Positions 1 through 12,500 of a stretch of 64,000 nucleotides of DNA are shown here, piece by piece. Source of the DNA: Balanoglossus misakiensis. Lineage: Eukaryota > Animalia > Hemichordata. Positions within the stretch are counted from its first letter, which is position 1, and each line of letters begins with the position of its first letter. The stretch spans positions 3,440,902 through 3,504,901 of the forward strand of contig CM082585.2 in the NCBI GenBank assembly GCA_040954595.2, in the 5' to 3' direction. The position numbers were made by a program, and so were the translations under genes. The notes below the pieces were generated by a model. The model was given only the letters and a program-made list of their open reading frames with translations. It had not been told where the DNA came from and ran no database searches.

Positions 1-758
1 CATGGCTAGCCAGTCACCCCATAACTGGTATCTCTAGGGTCTATGCATAAGCTAACAGCAGTTTGGCATGCATAAAAGTGTTTTGCTGTCTTTACTATTT
101 ATGTTATCTGACAATATGCATTAATTTAATAACAAAATAATTGTTTCTGACAATGCAATGTATAGAATTAAAATGTCAATTGATTTTTTTAACTAATGAA
201 ATATACAGAAGTTGGTCAAAAAACAGGGGATGACAATCACATGTCACCATAGTTTCCTTACAGTTACACACACAAAATACACACACACACAAAAATAAAC
301 ACAATTGACAGAGATCCGTTATATGGAGGATTACACAAAACTTCAATGGCAGATTAAAAATACACATTTCCACTATACACAACAGTCAACACAGACACAG
401 TACAAAGCATCATGAGTCAACAAAACTAAGAAATTAATAATTGAGGTGATTAATCACATGGGGTGAAAACGGCAAAAATTACCCCCCCCCCCCCAAAAAA
501 AAGACAAACATGCAAATTTCACCAAATCAATTGGACCACTCGTTTCAGAGAAGACAAGTGTTGACAGATGCTGGTCTGTCTACAGAGTGGAATTTGTGTA
601 CAGTTGACTAGTACATGTATTTCAATGTAAGCAATACATTACATACATGTATAAGTCACACAGAACAGACAATTTTCATATCAAATAAAACAGCCCCAAA
701 ACAGGCCAAAAGGGAGCAACTTTGTCCCTTTATGATCTGCAACACTTGAAAGACTTAC

Positions 759-857
759 CTTCTTTTTCAACTCTTCAGCCTCTTTCTTTGACGTTTTCTT
801 GAGACCAAGATTCATTTGTCCAACACTGAAGGCTTTCAATTTATTTTGTGAAATGTT
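759..857 (-). CDS. U2SURP: U2 snRNP-associated SURP motif protein (SR140), coding exon 2; gene continues beyond the left edge
   Basis: 99-nt exon between a CAG acceptor (860-858) and a GTAAGT donor (758-753). Encodes NISQNKLKAFSVGQMNLGLKKTSKKEAEELKKK, matching the remembered human U2SURP segment ENKLKAFSIGKM...LSKKEQEELKKK. Confidence 0.88.
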
Positions 858-1300
858 CTGCCAAGACAAAAACGGTGAAATGCTGATAAATACACTTGGA
901 ACATCGATCTACGATGACGGACACAGAAATATTTGTTACACTGAAATGTTACCGTGAAAATTAGGTGGGTTGTTTTTTTACAGGTAATACATTGCAACAT
1001 GTCATCATTTCTTTCTACTATTATTGTTGATTTCATCAAAATTTATGCAATCGCCCATACATGTAGTATTTCCAATGGACATTGTGAACTGAAACTTTGA
1101 CAGTGGGAATTTTAGGCTTTAGGCATGCCACAAGTTCACAAAATTCGGACCTTGTCATTATTGTACTGCCACTCAGTCAGGACTTGGACTGTGCCATTCT
1201 CTGGTGGTGAGGGTTAGCATTAGGGTTAGGGTTATGACTTTATTTGAGCTATCTACAGTGGTGAGTACAGTATATGTAAAATACGGTGGGAGACTGGTAC

Positions 1301-1443
1301 TAGCTGTAGTTCAGTAGCTCGAGGTTTTGCACGTTAGTTCGTCTTCTCTATGTTATATCATATCAGGCTACAGTCAGTGGGAGTCCACCGCCTGTGGCAG
1401 CAACCAAAACTTCGAGCTACTCCACAGAACTGCACTGCAGCTA
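1301..1443. mobile_element. Short inverted-repeat (MITE-like) element in U2SURP intron 1
   Basis: TAGCTGTAGTTCAGTAGCTCGAGGTTTT at 1301 has a degenerate reverse complement ending CTGCAGCTA at ~1406-1443. The same motif recurs at ~15367 and ~15750. Confidence 0.5.
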
Positions 1444-1563
1444 AACTCGTACCAGCAATGGCGCAATCTGTGTTATCGGACCAGAGTTATTGCTTCAGTC
1501 TGGATATTTCCGTCGACATGTGTATTACATTAGGGTTCTATCAGTGTCCGTACAACAGCTTAC

Positions 1564-1635
1564 CTTTAGCGACCCAGGTGCCAAACCATCGCTTTGCAAC
1601 CCCCAAGGTAGCTTCTTGTCATGCTTGTCCGCCAT
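1564..1635 (-). CDS. U2SURP: U2SURP coding exon 1 (MADKHDKKLPWGLQSDGLAPGSLK)
   Basis: AAAATGGCG Kozak-like start, 72 nt ending at a GTAAGC donor (1563), phase 0 joins exon 2 in frame. Human U2SURP also starts MADK. Confidence 0.8.
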
Positions 1636-1992
1636 TTTGGACTTGAGCTGTGTCTTTGTCTCGTTCGTAAAATGTAAACAGAAATTCTCTAACGGCGGAA
1701 GGTGCCCTTGTTATACGTATTCTGATTGTACTTAGTGTTAGAGTAAATCGATCTTATGAAGTATTTAGCATTTATCTATTGAACATTTTGTAGACTAAAG
1801 TAAAATGTTATAACTGCCGATAAAATAACTTCGAACGAGACTGTCTAGCCAATCAGGCAGTTTACGCCACTGCACCTCGAGATGGCGCTGTGCAAGACAA
1901 CAATTACAAATCCCAGACAGTAATGACCTCCAATGACCTCTTGTTTATTCACGCCTGAACAGTGTCAAAGAGGCCGTAGTTGACAGCGCTTA

Positions 1993-2583
1993 GGGACCGT
2001 TCAGTTTTTACGGCGGGGGGGGGGGGGGCGGCAAAATCCAGGGGGGTGTCACTTAAATTTTGAAGTCCAAAAGGGGCGGGGGTCAAGTTTTTTTTAAACG
2101 TTTAGGGGGGTCACATACTTGTGCCACCGAACTTTTGCTTTTGAGTCCACAAATTGCAGTTTCGCGCCCTTTATTTTACAAAATTTTCTCATGTGGAAGG
2201 GGGACACCCCCACCCACCCCTTCATTCTTCGCCACATTTCATTTTTTGCTGGTCTGTCTAGTGTACCAGGGCAGAGTGCTTGCCACGCCAACCCCACCGA
2301 TGATAATATTGAACAAAGTAAAAGAAGAATAATCGTTTTTAAACCATTTCGCATAACTGATAGTTTTGCGCTGCATCTTCCATATACTAGAAGTTTTATA
2401 AATGTCATGACGAAGATGACGCCAAATCTTCTAACTTTGAGTGGAGTGGCAAAATTAAAAATTGTCCTCCCTAACACTGAGTTAATTTTCTTTTGAGTTC
2501 ATTAAAATGCAACTTTGAGCACCGTATTTTATTACAAATTTTCTTATGTGGGAGGGGGACAGCCGTTAAAACTGAACGGTCCC
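1993..2583. mobile_element. Non-autonomous DNA transposon (PIF/Harbinger-like MITE)
   Basis: TIR GGGACCGTTCAGTTTT(T)ACGGC ... GCCGTTAAAACTGAACGGTCCC, GGG/CCC termini, TTA on the left (right TSD not conserved), no coding capacity. Confidence 0.65.
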
Positions 2584-4222
2584 TGTATATAATATTATAA
2601 TGCTTTTTAGTGCAAGTACAGCGGATTATCTTTTTTACTGCTTTTTGACTGACTTTTTATATTTGTTCTTTTTGTTTTTATTATAATTGTTGTTTGTGTC
2701 TGTTTGTCTTGTGTTGGTGTTTTTTCTGTCAATGCCGTATTCCTGTTTGCATTTTTTAGCTGTTCTATGGGATGTACTTTAAATCCTGATTTAAATAATA
2801 AATAAAATAATAAATATATCATCGCCATCAGCTATAGTCTGCAGCGTGTGGGGTTGGCCATGTTTTTTTCCAGTTTTGTGAAATTATAATCCACACACAA
2901 GTTACAGTGTGCCCTCTAAACAAACATAGATTTGAAATCTTAGTTTGAGCCAATTTGAGAATTTCTAAATATTTCTTTTGAGTCTAGCCCTATACCTTTG
3001 CATGTACATGTATTGTGGATAATTTTTGTGAGTCACCAATGAGTTTGTTGAGTCAGTGGCGTGTCATATGGGCTCAGCGGGCACTAAATGACTTATATAC
3101 TTACAAAAAAACTTTTCGAGTATATCGAACCAAAAGCTAGCACATATGTAAAAATCAGCCAGACAAAACTTCCGCTTTCATTTCAGACCTTTAATATCAT
3201 GTTCACAAAACATTTGAAATGATGTATGGTGTCTGACACATTGATAATAGTCATTCATCAATGTATCAAAATGAGACTGGATTGAATACACAGTAGTAGA
3301 AGTCCAGAGTGGGCAGAACACCGTCTACAGCAGTGAGACCTTAGATGTTTGTAGTAGCTTTCTGAGGATTTGATGTCTTCGAAGTAAATCATATGATTGT
3401 CCAATAACTGGCAAGATTGGATTACAACTGTCAAAAGTTCTGCATAGGATTTAATATTACTGACGGCTCTCACAAATCTTGCTAAATCACAGGTGACTGA
3501 ATAAACTTTGCAGGAGAAAAATGATTTGTTGAAATGTTTCAAGTTCTTCCAAGGACCGTGCTTCCAAGATTGTATGAACCCAACTTAACAGGATTCTAAG
3601 CATCTTTTCGTGGTTTTTCTTTCACAATGAAATCCTTGGAGGAAAACAAGTTTACAACTATATCGAAATCCAGACTGTAAAATTTACAGAAAATGAACTA
3701 ATTTATTAACTATGAACATTAAACAAGAAATATTCAACAAAAGCTATTACATGAAGCCTTCTATGATTTGTTACCTGTCCACAAAATGCACACAATATTG
3801 TAACACCAGACTTTCTTTCACGGATATTACACAAAACGTGCATTATCAAAACTGAACATTACTCATTAGCAAATTATGAATAATGACCAATCTTTACTGA
3901 CTGGTTTCAACTTGTAAGAAATGATAAGTTCTACTTCTAGCCAGAGTTATGGTCCCACGATAGAAAACCACCCATTTCAAATGTCTCCTTGATTGTTTAG
4001 CAATCGACCCATATGATGTACATGATGTTGATAGTTTAGGAACAGTGATATTTTGGAAAATTTGCTGTCACTCTTTATAATTCTGTAAGCCAATCATTAT
4101 AATTTTGTAACCAAAATATGATCACAGTGTAACATATATTTTATTTTTCTTAATCTAGTACTGCAAAAATACTAAAAGAATTGTGGCTGATATTGATGCA
4201 ACATCAAACTGTTCCCAAAAGC

Positions 4223-4360
4223 TTAAACCCTTTCACCACAATGGTTTGACCCAAATCAATTGGGGTTTTTTATGGTAAAGCTGGATCTTTACCAACTCTT
4301 CGCACCCTACAACCATGAAACAATGGGTTTTAGACTGATCCTTGGTGGTGGAAGGGTTAG
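4223..4360. mobile_element. Tiny piggyBac-like MITE remnant
   Basis: TTAAACCCTTTCACCAC ... GTGGTGGAAGGGTTAG inverted termini. Related copies at 5371-5455 and ~12944. Confidence 0.45.
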
Positions 4361-5370
4361 AATTGAGAATCACATCCCTTTCTGTTGACTTTCATTCATT
4401 TTTTTGGTACACTGTAATTTTCTTAGTATAAAATAAAAATCATAATAAAATATGGTTAAACTGGAATTGAATAATTTAAAAAGAAACAAATCACAGAGTG
4501 CCTTTTTTGAACACTGCTATTAAAGTGAATATAAAAGAAACACATGTGTACCACCAATATCCAGTAAAGACCAGTTCACTTTTAGGTAAAGATCAAATAT
4601 AGCCAAACACAGACTACAGTAGAACAATTGCATGAGATGTATCAAACTGTCTAAAATAAATTCTGTAGGGATTACAGATCAAAAGAAGGGTTAGGTCCCA
4701 TACCGACTGGCCCATATATGTAGAAATAGATTTGAATATTATGCACATAATATATGCGGGCATAACTTGGCGCCTCTTTCTAGAACTTAATTTCTACAAA
4801 ACTGCCAGGCTCCATCCAAACTTTGGAAACAAATGTTGGTCCCTTACCGACCCATTTGAACTTAAATAAACCATCCCTGTAATAGTCAGGAATTAGATAG
4901 ATGTATAATTAATGACTCAAAATGAGGCATTTGATGGACTTTTTTAAGATCTAAAGTTATGGTCACATGATTCTAACATCAACAATTACAATGCATTTTC
5001 CTGAGTTCCTAATATTCACTTTCAACAATGTATACATTATGGGGTTTCCTGATCAGAATACGAGTTATGACTTGCCTGAAAATTGTGTTTGAAAAGAGCA
5101 ATTTCCTATCATGGAACCTTACAAAAAAAATTCCTGTAGAATCTTTGAACTTCAATAACTTAATGATAAACTGGTAAGAAGAAAGTCAAATACAATAAAC
5201 AAGGAAAATAGATAGTACAAAATTTCAACGGACAATCACTTTATCTGATAAGCTCAGTGTTGCTGACAGCTGAACTAATGAAAAGGCGAAAACTTCAACA
5301 TATTCCATGAAGGCACAAATATGTGGCTTACACACAAGAACAATGTCATATTAAACCACAGTTAGACTGT

Positions 5371-5455
5371 TTAACCCTTTCACCACCAAGGTTCAGTCCA
5401 AATCCATTGTTTGCAGTTGGATCTCTATAGAAGGAACTGGCAGTGAAAAAGTTAA
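5371..5455. mobile_element. Tiny piggyBac-like MITE remnant
   Basis: TTAA-CCCTTTCACCACC ... GGCAGTGAAAAAG-TTAA; same family as 4223-4360. Confidence 0.45.
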
Positions 5456-6422
5456 AATATGACCACACTGTCTGATGACATGCTGACACTGTTTCTCAAG
5501 CAACATAGTGGCTGAAACACCTCTACTTTGAGATTTGATGTTACATACCTCGGGTAAAGTAAGCGAATTCTTTGTTTTAAGTCCACTAAAAATTCTGAAA
5601 GGTAGACACACACGATTCAACACGAAACAATTTGCTTTCATTGACAGTTTTGCCATGCTATATGCGTGTTCCTGTAGTAATTTGACATGGCCATTTTACA
5701 TTGCCAAGTGATTCTATGGCTGTCATATGACTGCACAAAGAAGTATGTTGCTGAAATAATGAAGGTCAATGGCTTATTTCTTTTGAACAATAATGGCCAT
5801 GAGCAAAATTGTGTTTTTTTCTCGAATAACCTCTGAAAATCTACGTGCGAGTGGATGCAAAACTGAGAATTTACTTACTTTGGCCTAAGGGTTCTGTTTG
5901 TCACAAGTTTCATCATCAAATACCAGAGTTGGCTGGCAACATATTTGAATGGTGACATTTAAAGAAATCCAAAATAATCTAACAAGCAACCAGTGGGAAA
6001 TACATCTTCATTGTGATATTTGACTTAAAAGTAAGCATTGTCAAGAACATGTAAATCAAATAATCAAATGCAGAAGTTGACCGACCATTTTTTTATTTTT
6101 AAAGAAGGTATTTTTACTAATAAAATGACAAATAACACTAATTTCAACTTTTTGTTTCACTTTGAAAATATACAAAAGATGATTCCTTCAGGAAGATGTT
6201 TTAACTCCAAAGAACAACATTGGCAACTTGTCACAATTAAAAAAGTACGACTTTGTTCAGCAATACAGACCTGAATATTTCATATCAGTGCTGTGTGATC
6301 AAAAGTTTCTGAGAAGTCAAAACATTCACAACGGATGAAAAATAAAAATGGAAATAAAATATGAAACAATAAAACATTTCTGGCTCCACTATTAAATTAT
6401 AACAAGTAATGGCAGGCTTGTT

Positions 6423-6542
6423 TCACATCATGACCACTGTTCGCCCCATTGTGGACTGGCGTTGTCTCTGTTGTTTTCTCGGTCCCCCGCCGCGTTGAAC
6501 TGCTCTGACTGCATGAAATCTTTCACTGAGTGTTGAGGCAGT
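6423..6542 (-). CDS. FYTTD1: FYTTD1-like last coding exon (TASTLSERFHAVRAVQRGGGPRKQQRQRQSTMGRTVVMM*)
   Basis: CCACAG acceptor, TGA at 6425-6423; TLSERF matches the UIF C-terminal TLNERF motif. Confidence 0.82.
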   Translation of the reverse strand, partial: TASTLSERFHAVRAVQRGGGPRKQQRQRQSTMGRTVVMM

Positions 6543-9500
6543 CTGTGGAAAATGGAAATAATTGCATGAGTTGTCTGGTCATGGTAATGAAACGATTATT
6601 TCATGTGCATTTGGTGCATTCTTGAAGCAGAAGGATATAAACAAAAGAAATAAATTCTCAGCCATATGAACAATACGCGTTACTGAGGAGAAGCATCTGA
6701 AAATAGAAAGCTGAATGTAAATGAATGAAGAATATTTTTTATTTCACCCTATTTCTAAAATTAACTTTAGACTAAATTTTAAAACTTGACGAAGACTGAT
6801 ATTTTTTTTAATTTCACCTTGACTAACTTAAGACTCTAATTTTTTTTTTAGTTTTTTTCTGTCAACATACAACGTGTAGTTCCAGGAGCAAGCATATGTT
6901 TTGAGTGAGTCGCCACAGGTATAAGTTAACTTTCCTATCATAACATCAGCTGAAGATAAATGTAATAATGGAACAACAATTGACAGATTTATATTCTTTT
7001 GTCGTCAGCCAAGTTAATGAGGCAAAACTCTCTCGACGTTGCCGTTAGTGGCACTACAATTCACTAACTAATGCTTATTGGCCTATCCTATGGTCATTAA
7101 AAACTCTTCTCCAGAAATGACTTGAGTCACTTCTTGTGAGATACTGTTACGCAGGTTATGAATTAATTATGCTAATTAGCCATGGATCTATAAACAAATC
7201 CTGGTAAGAACCCTGCATCATACACTATTAAAATCCCATATCAGTCATATTTCCCGGTTAAAGTAGTCTGTTCCAATATACACTTTGACCTACAGGGAAA
7301 ATCATGCTGCCATGGAAACACTTCAGTCTGTTAATATCAGTTATATTTCACATTCTGCTTGTACACTATTTTCCCATTTTAAATATGGAAGCATCTGTTT
7401 CTGTGAAATGTATGACTGGATAATTAATATGTGAGGTATCCAGTTTAATATGCTCTCTGAAAGCAATTGACATCATTTTGTTTTATTAAAAAGACAAATG
7501 CTGATAGGAATTTCTATGGAAAAGAAATGAGTCAATGATGATCTGATGATGATGTCACTAATGGTGTGATGAGAATACCTGGTTTCCATCCACAACTAAC
7601 TTGTGGAGGTTGAAATCTTGTCTGAATCTAGGTCTAAGTTCCTTGATAATGGCCTGAATTTCAGGATCTAAGCCATCCACTAAATTATTACAATTGTAAT
7701 CACCATTCTCAGGCTTGATCTGACCCTGCAGTGAACAAGGAGAAGAAGATAACAGCAAGCCAACCACCACATGACAGGTTCTGCATTTGTCCCAAGTACA
7801 CAAGTCCTGCTCTCTTTTACAAGTACAGTCAGAACTGTCTAAAGTGAACACCAGAGGGACTGAAGAAACTGTTTGGTTTGTAGAGGTGTTCAGTTTACAG
7901 AGGTTCTTTTAAAGCCCCAGTATTTCTCGTGTGTATCCATTTTTCATCATCGAAAAATGCCCGTTTTTCCTATACATTCATCATGGAATACTACATAATG
8001 AAGATAGAAGAAAGGTTTGGGCAACTGTAGCTACGTGCAAGCTGTAAATATTGCCCGTAACACTTGAAATGATGCGCGGGTTTGTTTACAACGGAAATGT
8101 TGTACATGTCGATCAGCAAACGTGCCACTTTGACATTTTGATGGTCAGACTATTTTCGGATTTGATCTGGTTCCATCGACTGATTTCTCCCATAAAGTTA
8201 TCTTCCCAAAATTTCGCCGAATTAGTGCGCATTTCTTCGCTGAGTCGCTTGATTTGGGGCGACCAAACCTCTTCCGCATAGATTCATATTTGAGTGCGCA
8301 TGCGCACTAGTCACGTGTGTCAACGTGACTTTCTGTCCGGACAGAAAGTCATTCTTCACTCGTTATATTGTAAATTGTATGAGTTTATGAGCAGAGCTGG
8401 GGATGATGACTGTTCGATTCAGTATCAATTATCATCTACTTTTAGAAATTATAGATGCCGTTTCAAACTAAATTTTGCCCCTACGAGAAATACTGAGGCT
8501 TTAACACGTGCTTTATAGTCAAAAGGATGGGAAAAGGTGTTCGGAACAGACAAGTTTCCAGATTAGACAGGGTTTGGTTTAGACAGGTTTTACTGTATCT
8601 TAAAAGGACAAAGTCGCTCTATTTTGATCTATTGATTTATTATCATGAAATACATCTTAGTGTTTTATGCCAAGTTTCATATTGATGGAGTAAAGGGTTC
8701 AATTTGTATCTGCGATCATATTTGACACTGAAAGATATGAAAGAACTTATGAGACCATGAAATCACATGGAATTTACTTGTTTTTCATGAAGATCTACAT
8801 TTTCAGATGCAGGACAGCGCAGTTTGTACTGGGACATATGCAACACATTCACCATTATCAAAATGCAATATGCAACACAAAATAAGGACATGCAATGTTA
8901 CCAAAAAAGCACAGGCAGGAATGTAATAAATGTTTGCAAGAATGATGCCAGCAGAAGCGGGTTACAATGAAAGTGCACCATTTTTTATGCAGGAGAAACC
9001 AGATACATGTAAGTATAACTACAAAGATCTCACCAGAAATAATCAGAAATTATATCTGGTATGTATATTTACCTGTCTGTTTATCCGTACTGGTCTGTAA
9101 TCAGAAAAAAAAGTGATAAAACTCAAGTTAATCAATCAGATATCAAACCAAACACAAAATCATACAAAAAAAAAATTTGAAAGTCTGTAACTTGAGAATC
9201 TATGAACTCAGTGGCTGTAGATATGAAATGTCACTTCTGAACCAATATCAAAATCAACAAATTGAATAGTGGTGATTTGAAACACACTTAGATGTTAAGT
9301 TAGACAATTGACAAGAAGTTATAATATTAGACTCACTATAGTAACCGCAATTTCGTATGGATTAATCAAAGTCAAACCAAGCATAGTGAAATGAACAAAG
9401 CAATCATCATTGCTATGAAATTGAGAGTCTGCCCTGCTCTACCAAAATAGTTTTAAGATGGACAAATCAACAAAGAGGTAAGGTGGTAGCTCACACTAGA

Positions 9501-12500
9501 AAATATGTAAATACCATTTGAATATTAATTACATGACAAATATTTACGACCAATGAGCATTCTGAGATGACTTGGCCCTGCAGTGCAGTACAAGTGCATG
9601 TCAAAGTGCAGTCAAATAAATTCTAGCATGTCTCAGGACGCGGTCACCAGCCGTGAATACAGCTAAGCTACTTCGAAGTCACATTTGATCATATTGTGAC
9701 ATGTACAACTGACATATATGTATGCATATCACAACTCTCTGTCCTTATGTCATGCTTAAAGTGAACCGACACCTTCCTTGTAGAGAGATTCTAATAAAAT
9801 CTTTGTTAAAAAAATGAGTGATTTGCGTCGATTTTATTCACTTTCACTTATCGCGCAGCAGCGTAGCGTCGTTCTCGATATGCAGTGTGACGTCACAAAC
9901 TAGTCACCAGTAGCAGACGCCACCGTGCGCACGCTAACGTACACAGACAGTTGACATGGCTGGCTGCCTCGCAAGTAGGAGCAAAAACAGAGTTGGCAAA
10001 AACACGGCGAAAGGTTTTATAAAAGTTCCCGACCCTTCGGTGGACAGTCAAAATGCAAATCGAGCTGAAAAATGGGTGTCAAACATTGGCATATTATTTC
10101 GGTGCTTATTGCTGAGACAGATGATACTTTTGCTTCGGAAATGTTCGTGTTCAACTAGGCCCTATATCGTGAACTACACAGCAAAAATTGTCGAAACAGC
10201 CGGGGCTCCTGATTTCCTTTGATCACCATATGACGAAACCGAATTTTTGGCACTGTAAATCAAAACTCTCATCGGAAGAAAGTAGTGTGGCGAAAATAGG
10301 CCTACTAGTGAACACTGTTTTTGTCGCGTACCCAAGCTGTGAATGCATCGCAAAACCATTTCCAAAGACAGAAACGACCACCTCTCCCATCTGGAAGCAC
10401 CACAGATGTACTCGAAACATGACAATCGGAGTTTCTGCCTCCCTTTGATCAACAAAGCCACATCTTTTCACAGCTGTTGATCAACGTACTTGTTTTAAAA
10501 GAAAGGATGGTAGACACGTGTGGTAGACATTTTCGCGAGAGTGTCAATAGGTTTACTTTCTATTCTTTCGGGAAATCACAAGGGTCCCTTTTATGACATG
10601 GGTGATTAAATGTCAAAAATTATCGCATGGCTTCGTGATATGTCGTTCAAGTCTTTATCTAACGGCCTTGTCAAGACATCTATTTCATGGCAGCACCTGC
10701 ATTCCTTGACAGTAGAAATAACTTCGCATTTACCGCAGCGCAGCTACACCATGAGCATGAGCGTGATGAAAGACGAAGCCGATCACTCTTCTCGATCGTC
10801 TTTGCTGTCTACACTTGCCTCTGTACTATTGGAATCAGTTTCACTTGAGTCGCCTATATACCATCTCATCGCTGCCGTATTCGGGTTCGCACAAAAATCC
10901 GACGATATCTTCGTTTGAAAACTCCATATCGCGTGGTCGTTTTTGTCTTTGGAAATGGTTTTGCGATGCATTCACAGCTTGGGTACGCGACAAAAACAGT
11001 GTTCACTAGTAGGCCTATTTCCGCCACACTACTTTCTTCCGATGAGAGTTTTGATTTACAGTGCCAAAAATTCGGTTTCGTCATATGGTGATCAAAGGAA
11101 ATCAGGAGCCCCGGCTGTTTCGACAATTTTTGCTGTGTAGTTCACGATATAGGGCCTAGTTGAACACGAACATTTCCGAAGCAAAAGTATCATCTGTCTC
11201 AGCAATAAGCACCGAAATAATATGCCAATGTTTGACACCCATTTTTCAGCTCGATTTGCATTTTGACTGTCCACCGAAGGGTCGGGAACTTTTATAAAAC
11301 CTTTCGCCGTGTTTTTGCCAACTCTGTTTTTGCTCCTACTTGCGAGGCAGCCAGCCATGTCAACTGTCTGTGTACGTTAGCGTGCGCACGGTGGCGTCTG
11401 CTACTGGTGACTAGTTTGTGACGTCACACTGCATATCGAGAACGACGCTACGCTGCTGCGCGATAAGTGAAAGTGAATAAAATCGACGCAAATCACTCAT
11501 GTTTTTCACAAAGACTTTATTAGAATCTCTCTACAAGGAAGGTGTCGGTTCACTTTAAATAAAATCAATTGTACATTTATATATATATAACTTACTTTTG
11601 TGTTTCTGCTGTAGGATTAGAGACTGATACAGTCATTATATGTGCAGGCAATGGACCAGAACTCTGAGGTTGTCTTCTCCATCTGTAATAACAAGTTGGT
11701 GTGCATTATAGGGGGTATCTCCAGCAAATTTACACAAATTTGGTATCGTAATTTTGGAAATATGTCATGTATTATTAAGGTGAGAAGTTTTGCCCATGCC
11801 AGACAGTGGCAGACAGTGCCACCGACACTCAGGTGAAGATAAAAACTAAGAAATAAAGGCTGCCAGCAGGCACTATTTGTACTCAATCCAGTCTTTTGTC
11901 TCATTTTGATACACTGATTAATGGGGAAGACAGAAATTTTAATGGGTTTAAAGGGCACCAGTCCCCCCCTTACCAACAGCTCAGCAGGGGGTGAATCCCC
12001 CTGGGCACTGCCTAGATGAAACACTGTCAAGGCACATAATTTTTTTCTCATTAATATGCGTAACATGGTAACAATCACTGTTCTATGTAAACTAAACAGT
12101 AAAATGACCTGCATGCTACCAACTTGGCAGAATAAGATGTCACATGCCTGACAGGAAAAGTGATAAACAACACACAACACATAATGAATTACCTTCTTGT
12201 TCTCTGTGGTATACTTTCTACTGACTGTGTTTGATTGAAGTTTCTCTTTCCTCCTCTCATTTGTCTCCTTGGTCTTCCTTGAATTACCTGAGTCTACAAA
12301 AATACAAGGAACACATGATATAATCTGCAAGGTTACGCAATACGGTGCTCGCAAATGACATTTTGTCACAGAAAAAACAAGTGACCTGTCAGTCAAAAGA
12401 GCTCTGCTGACGTTAACAGTATAACCTGGGCAATGATATGAATACCCTAGGTTTTAATTCATAACAATTGTATGGGTGAGCACGTTGTTTGTGTACATAC

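Larger units (their letters stand above)
9760..11554. mobile_element. Foldback Kolobok-type element, 1795 bp, with 622-bp inverted arms (9760-10381 / 10933-11554)
   Basis: TTAA|AGTGAACCGACACC ... GGTGTCGGTTCACT|TTAA. The arms are nearly identical (about 5 mismatches seen by eye) and give mirrored identical ORFs 9956..10222(+) and 11092..11358(-). Confidence 0.88.

Noticed and set aside
1211-1233. Interstitial telomeric repeat (TTAGGG)
   Set aside because: Only ~3 imperfect units in an intron; too short to be meaningful.
11617-12396. 259-aa ORF, the longest in the window
   Set aside because: Spans FYTTD1 exons 4-5 in the wrong frames plus intron; no recognisable domain.
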